Origin: Treponemataceae bacterium
Lineage (GTDB): Bacteria; Spirochaetota; Spirochaetia; Treponematales; Rectinemataceae
DNA: 64,000 nt
Direction of reading: 5' to 3'
Assembly: GCA_963677895.2 (NCBI GenBank)
Contig: CAXXGJ010000038.1
Coordinates: 64,001-128,000 of the forward strand
The notes under the pieces were generated by a model. That model saw nothing but the letters and a program-made list of their open reading frames with translations. It ran no database searches and was not told where the DNA came from. The translations under genes were made by a program, and so were the position numbers. Each line of letters begins with the position of its first letter. Position 1 is the first letter of the stretch. Below, piece after piece: positions 57,864-64,000 of the stretch.

Positions 57864-59057
57864 TCACGAGATGCCGAAATCCTCCAGCACATCCCTGTAT
57901 TTATAGACGAATCGTTCGGCCTTCCTGACGCTCTCCTCGATGAGAGGGCTTAGGCCCAATGCCCTATAGACCGCCGTCAAGTCCTTGAAAGAGGGCTTCA
58001 GAAGCGGATGCTTAGGCGAGAAGAGCACGCAGCAGTCTTCGTAGGGCAGGATGGAAATATCGAAGGTGCCGATTTTCTTGGCCATGTTGACGGTGTCTTC
58101 CTTGTCGATCCCGATGAGGGGGCGAAAAACAGGGTGGTTGGCGGGCGCTTCGGTTATGGCCATGTTTTCCACCGTCTGGCTCGCTACCTGCCCCAGGCTT
58201 TCCCCGGTGATGAGGGCGTCCGCGCCTATCTTGAAGGCGATGCTGTCGGCGGCTTCCATCATGGCTGATCTCAGCATTATCGTCGTCGCGTCTTCATTGG
58301 CGAGCTTTTTTATCTGGATTTGCACGTCGGTGAAGGGGACTACCCAAAGACGGATCGAGCCACACCAGGCCGCTATCCGCAGGGCGAGGTGTTCCACCTT
58401 CCGCTGCGCCTCGACCGAGGTGTAAGGATAGGCATGAAAGTAGACGCATTCGAGAGGGGCGCCGCGCTTGGCCATCATGTAGCCGGCCACTGGCGAATCG
58501 ATGCCTCCGGAGAGGAGGAGAAGTCCCTTGCCGCTCGTGCCCGAGGGCAGGCCGCGCGGTCCCGGCTCGGTGTGGCCGTAGACGTAGGCTCTTTCCCGGA
58601 TCTCTATATTGACGACGAAATCGGGTTCGTGGACGTCGACGGATAGGGCGGGAAATGTATCGAGAATCGCTTCGCCGGCCTTGGCGGACATCGCGTAGGA
58701 GCCCAGCGGGAAACTTTTGTCGGATCGGCGGGTTTCGACCTTGAAAACTTTATTGCCGGCCGCCAAGGCCTTGCCGGCGACGAGTCCCGCTGCCTCCAGG
58801 ATCGATTCTATGGTCTTGGGGCAGACGTATGCCTTCGAGTAGCCATTGAGGCCGGGGCAGCGGCTCAGGACGAATTCCGCGCGCTCGGTGTAGCGCTCGT
58901 CGACGGAGAGGAAAAAGCGGCCCGGGAATTCCTCGATTTTGCAGCCTACGTCGCCCATGCGCTTGTGCAGCTGCTGGATGAGACGTCGCGTGAATTCTTT
59001 CTGATTTTCTTTTTTAAGGAGTATTTCGCCCGGTTTTATGAGGAACAGCGTTTCCAT
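57864..59057 (-). CDS. thiI: tRNA 4-thiouridine synthase ThiI (short form, no rhodanese domain)
   Basis: GEILLK, THUMP (FKVETRRSDKSF), SGGIDSPVA, GESLGQVASQT, RPLIG.DK, EDCC. Confidence 0.97.
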   Translation of the reverse strand: METLFLIKPGEILLKKENQKEFTRRLIQQLHKRMGDVGCKIEEFPGRFFLSVDERYTERAEFVLSRCPGLNGYSKAYVCPKTIESILEAAGLVAGKALAAGNKVFKVETRRSDKSFPLGSYAMSAKAGEAILDTFPALSVDVHEPDFVVNIEIRERAYVYGHTEPGPRGLPSGTSGKGLLLLSGGIDSPVAGYMMAKRGAPLECVYFHAYPYTSVEAQRKVEHLALRIAAWCGSIRLWVVPFTDVQIQIKKLANEDATTIMLRSAMMEAADSIAFKIGADALITGESLGQVASQTVENMAITEAPANHPVFRPLIGIDKEDTVNMAKKIGTFDISILPYEDCCVLFSPKHPLLKPSFKDLTAVYRALGLSPLIEESVRKAERFVYKYRDVLEDFGIS

Positions 59058-59071
59058 GATGCTGTGTTGTA

Positions 59072-60292
59072 TCAGGTTTTAAGTCTGCGATACAAGTCTT
59101 CGGCCATAGAGAGGAAGGATTCGATATCGGCCTCGGCTGTATCGGGTCCGAAGGAAACGCGGATGGAGGAAAAGGAGAGTTCCTCGGGCAGTCCCATGGC
59201 GTCGAGGATTCTTCTGCCTTTGGTCTTGTGGGTGTGGGAGCAGGCCGAACCGGTGGAAACGGCGATGTCGGCGTCGGATAGGGCGCGGGCGAGCACTTCG
59301 CCGCCCAGGCCGGGGAAGGCGGCGGAGACAATCCAGGGGCTCCAGCGCGGGTCGCCGGCCACGCGGCTTGGCGGCACCACGCAGGCGCCGGGAATCGCGC
59401 GGATGCCGTCCAGGAGGAGCCGCTCCAGGGCCTGGGCGCGGGGAAGTCTCGCGTCCAGCGAGGCGGCAGCCTTTGCGGCGCAGAGCGCGAAAGCGTGTAT
59501 ACCGAATAGGTTCTCGGTGCCCGAGCGAATGCCGGATTCCTGGCCGCCGCCGACGGCGAGGGGGTCGATGGCTTTGGAATGCCACAGGGCGCCGACGCCC
59601 TTGGGGCCCTGTATCTTATGGGCGGAAAAGGCCGCGCTTGTCACCCGCCCGCCGGAAAGCCTGAGGGGCACCTTACCCAGTGCCTGGACGCAGTCGACGT
59701 GGAAGAGCGGAGACCTGATGCCGAGGCTCGAGGCCGCCGACGCCGCGGCGCGGCCGATGGCGTCGATATCCTGTACGGCGCCGGTCTCGTTGTTGACGGC
59801 CATGACGGCCACGAGCCTCGTCGTCGGGCGCAGGGCTTCGCCGATTTTTGACGGCTGCACGATGCCGTCCGCGTCGGGTTTCACGAAGGTGACGGAGAAG
59901 CCCAGGCGCGAGAGCGTCTCGGCCTGCGCGTCTATCGCGGCGTGTTCGATGGCGGAAACGACGAGATGCGGTTTTTCGGTCGCCGAGGTCCTTATCGCCC
60001 CCGTTACCGATTCGGCTTTTTTCGCGAGCCTGAAGAGGGAGAGGAGGGGAATCTGGTCGGCTTCGGTGCCCGACGCGGTGAACGCGAGATTCCCGCCCAG
60101 GGATTTTACGCCGGAGGCCAAGGCCAGCGAATCCAGAAATGAGGCGCGCGAGCCTTCCAGGATTTCCCTCGCCGCCTTTCCCTCCTTATGCTGACTGGAA
60201 GGATTGGCGAAATGGTCGAATGTGGCATGAAGCGCCTGAAGCGCGATGGCGGAATCCGGCGGCGTCGTAGCCGCCCAGTCAAGATACTTCAT
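59072..60292 (-). CDS. cysteine desulfurase (IscS/NifZ-like)
   Basis: YLDWAATT, ANPSS, VNNETG, SAHKIQGPKG, RSGTEN, STGSAC. Confidence 0.95.
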   Translation of the reverse strand: MKYLDWAATTPPDSAIALQALHATFDHFANPSSQHKEGKAAREILEGSRASFLDSLALASGVKSLGGNLAFTASGTEADQIPLLSLFRLAKKAESVTGAIRTSATEKPHLVVSAIEHAAIDAQAETLSRLGFSVTFVKPDADGIVQPSKIGEALRPTTRLVAVMAVNNETGAVQDIDAIGRAAASAASSLGIRSPLFHVDCVQALGKVPLRLSGGRVTSAAFSAHKIQGPKGVGALWHSKAIDPLAVGGGQESGIRSGTENLFGIHAFALCAAKAAASLDARLPRAQALERLLLDGIRAIPGACVVPPSRVAGDPRWSPWIVSAAFPGLGGEVLARALSDADIAVSTGSACSHTHKTKGRRILDAMGLPEELSFSSIRVSFGPDTAEADIESFLSMAEDLYRRLKT

Positions 60293-60313
60293 CGTATGGG
60301 TCCAGTTCCCGTA

Positions 60314-60646
60314 TCATTCTTCGTAACGGCGGTCGACGATGGATACGGGCTCCCGACCCGACGCGAACAGTTCCTTGGAAAGGTAGAGGGCACAGTAGCA
60401 GTTGCCGAATTCCGGCACATCGAGTCTGGACCAGACACAGGGGCAGATAGCCTTGCTGTCGGCTTCCCTGGAGCCCTCAGTATCCCTGCAGGGACAGAGG
60501 TAATAGCCGTAGCGATTGAAATTGGTGGTCAGCCCTTCGATGAGACTTTCATAGAACGGTTCGTCGGGATTGAGTTCCCATCCCTGTTTTTGCGCGACCA
60601 TTCTCGAGAAAAGCCTCGTCTGCTCTTGCGTTTTCTGGTTCATCAT
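60314..60646 (-). CDS. ferredoxin:thioredoxin reductase catalytic-subunit-like protein
   Basis: CPCR, CPC and CYC motifs; YGYYL. Confidence 0.92.
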   Translation of the reverse strand: MMNQKTQEQTRLFSRMVAQKQGWELNPDEPFYESLIEGLTTNFNRYGYYLCPCRDTEGSREADSKAICPCVWSRLDVPEFGNCYCALYLSKELFASGREPVSIVDRRYEE

Positions 60647-60954
60647 TCCTCCGTCAGCCCAAGTGTCCTGACCCAGTCGGGCTTGATGAAGCCGACGAGA
60701 TGGGCCGCATCGTCGATAACGGCGAAGGGGAAGGCCACGTTTTCCTTGAATCGTTCCCTGAGGATGGCTTTGATCTCGTTCTTCGTCTCTATGGGCAGTT
60801 GGTCGACATAGATATATTTATAGGCGATGTCCTTCTCTTCGAGGTAAGCCAGGGCTCTTTTGCAGAAGCCGCAGGTGGAGAGCGCGTAGACGACGATATC
60901 GTGATTGCGCTGCGTTCCTTCAATCTGTATGTACGCAAGTTCGTTGAGGTTCAT
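60643..60954 (-). CDS. glutaredoxin/NrdH-like redoxin
   Basis: VYALSTCGFC, AFP, LVGF; AAGGAG SD. Confidence 0.9.
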   Translation of the reverse strand: MNLNELAYIQIEGTQRNHDIVVYALSTCGFCKRALAYLEEKDIAYKYIYVDQLPIETKNEIKAILRERFKENVAFPFAVIDDAAHLVGFIKPDWVRTLGLTEE

Positions 60955-62423
60955 GATATCTCCTTTCTCCTTGTAGTATATAAGTCTTCCACTTCGCTCG
61001 CATAGCGCTCCGCGTCGAATTTCTTGCGTAATCCCGAAGCCACCATGGAGCGTACGTTGCCGAAAAGAGCTCTCTGCGGCCATGGACGGTCGTGTCTTCC
61101 AAAGCACCAGGCCACACCGGCATAGCCGTTGGGGTCCCTTCCGTCGATAGAGTATCGGTCATTAAGTCGTATCGCGAGGCTGAAGGCTTCTGCCGGGTCG
61201 GCGAACCAGGAGAGGAGCCGCTTGCCCCAGTACATCCGCATGTAGTTGTGCATTTTCCCCGTGAGCAGCATTTCCTTCTGGGCAGCGTTCCAGTACGGGT
61301 CGGCGGTGAGGCCGGCTTCCAGCTCCGCTACGCTGTAGAGCGTCTTTCTGTCGTCTCGCTCGGACAGGCTTTTCCTGGCCCATTCGGGCGCGGCGGATTC
61401 ATAACGGTCGTAACCGGGGTTGAAGAGGACGAAGTTGAGCGCGAGCTCGCGCCTCACGACGAGCTGCTCGACATAAACTTGCGCGGCGCTCTCCGAATGC
61501 CCGAGGGCCGTTCCGGCCAGCGCCACGGGGGATACCTGGCCAAAATGCAGATAGGGGCTCATATCGCTCTGGCCCGCTCCGCAGGGGTCGTTCCGGTCCT
61601 CGGCGTAGCGCTCGAGCGCTCCTGACGAGAGAAATTCGCCGAAACGGGCCATGCCGGCCAGCCGGCCCGGGACGAACCGAGGCTTCTGCAGGGCGAGAAG
61701 GGGATCTCCCGCCGCCGCGTCCCCGTAGCTCGCGAACAGTTCGTCGCGCGATGGAAAATCCGAGGCTCCGGCCGATACGCGGCATTCAGGTACGGGAAAG
61801 CCTTCTCCCGATTCGGTGGATTTAAGGAAGAAGGGCAGTTTGGCCGAAATTTTCTTCCGCAGGGTGGCGGCTGACCACTCCAGGTGGTCGCTCGCCGCGA
61901 AAGGCGGCACGACGGATTCTGTTTCGACGAGGATCATGGGCGGCATCCCGCGCATCGCCGCTATTTCCTTTCTCCAGGCTCGCTCGAAGGCTAGTTTGCC
62001 CTCGTCCGCCACGAGTATGGCGGCGCCGCGGGCGTATTCGGCTACTTTGGAGGTCATGCCGCCTGCGTCGATGCAGAAGAGGGCGCCTCGCTGCCTGAGG
62101 TCCCGCGCGCATTCGCGCAGTCCTTCCAGCATGAAGTGGTAATGGGCAGGCACAGCCTCCGGATAATCAACCAGAACGAAAAGGACGAGGAGGGGAAGGC
62201 CCAGCGTATTGGCGAGATGGAATCCGAGGTCCAGGGCCGGATTTTCCCTCGATCGCTGGGCTTTCTGCATCCAGACAAGGACATAGTTCGCGGATTTCTT
62301 GGGATAAGCCTCGGGCTGGAAGGTCATGCGCGCCTGTTCTATCGAGGCCGCGCCGGCGCGCGCTTCCCCCGTCAGGACTGCTCCCGTCAGGCTGGCCAGG
62401 TTCCTTTCAGCGTTGCTGTTCAT
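60951..62423 (-). CDS. phr: class II CPD photolyase
   Basis: WMQKAQR..NPAL, SPYLHFGQ, EQLVVRREL, WNAAQ, GKMHNYMRMYWGK, DGRDPNGY, HDRPW. Confidence 0.95.
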   Translation of the reverse strand: MNSNAERNLASLTGAVLTGEARAGAASIEQARMTFQPEAYPKKSANYVLVWMQKAQRSRENPALDLGFHLANTLGLPLLVLFVLVDYPEAVPAHYHFMLEGLRECARDLRQRGALFCIDAGGMTSKVAEYARGAAILVADEGKLAFERAWRKEIAAMRGMPPMILVETESVVPPFAASDHLEWSAATLRKKISAKLPFFLKSTESGEGFPVPECRVSAGASDFPSRDELFASYGDAAAGDPLLALQKPRFVPGRLAGMARFGEFLSSGALERYAEDRNDPCGAGQSDMSPYLHFGQVSPVALAGTALGHSESAAQVYVEQLVVRRELALNFVLFNPGYDRYESAAPEWARKSLSERDDRKTLYSVAELEAGLTADPYWNAAQKEMLLTGKMHNYMRMYWGKRLLSWFADPAEAFSLAIRLNDRYSIDGRDPNGYAGVAWCFGRHDRPWPQRALFGNVRSMVASGLRKKFDAERYASEVEDLYTTRRKEIS

Positions 62424-63624
62424 AACGGTGGAGGCTCCTCGCGAGGAGGAATCCGGCCGCGTAAAGAATGCTCGCCAGGACGAAGGGCAGCTGGGGCGCC
62501 GCGGAGTAGAGGAGGCCGGCCAGCCAGCCCACGGGAATGCTGAAGAACATCATCAGCGCTTGGATGAGACTGAATCGATCGCTTTTCTGATCCGCGGCGG
62601 TGCTGTTCATGAACACTGTGTCGCGGAAGGTCTGGAGAAGCGCATAGGAAGCCTGGAGGGAAGGAAAGATGAGAATCGCCGAAAGAGGCGATCCCTTGGG
62701 CATCAGTATGAAGAGAACCTGGGCGACGAGGCAGGCAAGGAATGCGTTGGCCAGGTGTTCCCGGTTCTTCAGGGCCTTCTGGCGCGGAAGGATGAAGAAG
62801 AAGATCACGAGGCTGACGACAGCGCTCAGGGCGGGGACGGCGGATACCACGAAGGAGGAGAGTCCCTTTATGTCCTTCATGTAGAGAATTCGGAAGAAAT
62901 CGATGGAGAGCACAGCGTTGCCGATGAAATAAATACCCGTCATCCTTATGAAAAAGGGATCCCGCAGCGCCAGGCGGGCGCTGGGAACCTGCTGCCACAC
63001 GAGCCTGAGGAGGCCTTGACCCTTGGTCTTTGTTTTGAGGTAAACGCCGGTTTTCGTTTCGCTGGTGCCGATATAACGAAGAATGAACATCAACGTCAGG
63101 ATGACGGAGCCGACCCAGAAAATGCCGCGCATGGCCGGAACGATGCCGGCGCTGGCGATGATCATTCCCCCCGCGAAGGTGGTGAAGCCGCCGAAGGTTC
63201 CAATGAGATTGATGTAGCTGAATATGGTGGCCCGCTGGCTCTCGTCGGCGTCTTCGGAGATGAGGAGATTCCATGAGACATAGACGATCCTCACGGCGGC
63301 GTTAGTGACCGCGGCCACGAGAAACCAGAGGAAACTGCGCGAAATCGCCCAGAGCGCCATCGACAGGGACCAGGCGATGAAATCGAGCCACATGCTCGTG
63401 TTTCTTCGGCCGAACTTGTTGGTTATCGGAGCGGCCAGCGTATAGAAGAGGAGGCCCGCGGCGATGTTGGCCGAATTGACGAGACCCATCTGCACTTCGC
63501 TCAGGCCCAGCTGCCTCTGGTAGAGGGGCATGTAATAGGCGACCATGGGGCCGAAAAACGCCCAGAGCGGTTCGATGGCGATGCATGAGCGCGCGTTCCG
63601 CGGAAGGCTTCTGAATCCTGTCAT
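62407..63624 (-). CDS. MFS transporter
   Basis: About 12 hydrophobic segments and a motif A-like ITNKFGRR. Confidence 0.88.
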   Translation of the reverse strand: MTGFRSLPRNARSCIAIEPLWAFFGPMVAYYMPLYQRQLGLSEVQMGLVNSANIAAGLLFYTLAAPITNKFGRRNTSMWLDFIAWSLSMALWAISRSFLWFLVAAVTNAAVRIVYVSWNLLISEDADESQRATIFSYINLIGTFGGFTTFAGGMIIASAGIVPAMRGIFWVGSVILTLMFILRYIGTSETKTGVYLKTKTKGQGLLRLVWQQVPSARLALRDPFFIRMTGIYFIGNAVLSIDFFRILYMKDIKGLSSFVVSAVPALSAVVSLVIFFFILPRQKALKNREHLANAFLACLVAQVLFILMPKGSPLSAILIFPSLQASYALLQTFRDTVFMNSTAADQKSDRFSLIQALMMFFSIPVGWLAGLLYSAAPQLPFVLASILYAAGFLLARSLHRYEQQR

Positions 63625-63723
63625 TATGGCTTACTATGCCCCAGCCCCGGAGCCTTTTCAAGGCGTCGGGGCGGCGGCAATCGCATAATTGCGCAAAGGC
63701 CGCTTTTCCTGTAAAGTGAGGCC

Positions 63724-64000
63724 ATGCACGAAAAGGAACTCATCCGCAATTTCTGTATCATCGCCCACATAGATCACGGCAAATCTACGTTGGCCGACCG
63801 CTTCATTGAAAAGGCCCACCTTGTGGACGAGCGGAAGATGCAGAATCAGATGCTCGACAATATGGACATCGAAAGGGAAAGGGGAATCACCATAAAGAGC
63901 CAGGCGATCACCTTGCCCTACCTTGCCCAGGACGGGAAGAAATACACGCTCAACCTCGTCGACACGCCGGGACATGTGGATTTTTCCTACGAGGTTTCGA
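63724..64000 (+). CDS. lepA: elongation factor 4 LepA (5' part, truncated by window end)
   Basis: [26 protein letters not shown]...[12 protein letters not shown]...[17 protein letters not shown]. Confidence 0.97.
   Translation, partial: MHEKELIRNFCIIAHIDHGKSTLADRFIEKAHLVDERKMQNQMLDNMDIERERGITIKSQAITLPYLAQDGKKYTLNLVDTPGHVDFSYEVS

Overview
A GC-rich bacterial chromosome segment, most likely from an anaerobic spirochaete (Treponematales/Rectinema-like). This taxonomic call is an inference from gene content and order (degT-like/nadK/recN, SAS-TPR, amidase-GerMN). The window opens with the 3' half of a 23S rRNA gene and a 5S rRNA gene and contains four tRNA genes. Most of it is housekeeping: nadK, recN, cdd, yggS, apt, gpmI, lon, glk, pgm, nrdR, an EF-G paralogue, rnhA, a heterodimeric ABC exporter, ferredoxin, nrdJ, thiI and a partial lepA. 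No CRISPR array, transposase or integrase is visible. Five things stand out. (1) After tRNA-Arg lies a self-contained extracytoplasmic redox module: a Tat-signal flavoprotein lacking the fumarate-reductase catalytic residues, a tetraheme cytochrome c with two ApbE-type flavinylation-like motifs (DATSGAS, DAVSSAT), and an adjacent tatA-tatC-tatB. (2) A Trk K+ uptake operon sits where kdpFABC normally sits, in front of kdpDE, and includes an unannotated 46-aa membrane peptide, an exported OB-fold protein and phased TTAAC repeats. (3) A tightly coupled MFS-class II photolyase-glutaredoxin-FTR-desulfurase-thiI operon. (4) Divergent arginine synthetase-like and arginine deiminase genes around ARG-box-like sites. 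(5) At least nine genes have a -10 box only 6-8 nt before the ATG, suggesting pervasive leaderless mRNAs. All product calls come from motif recognition by eye; no database searches were run.
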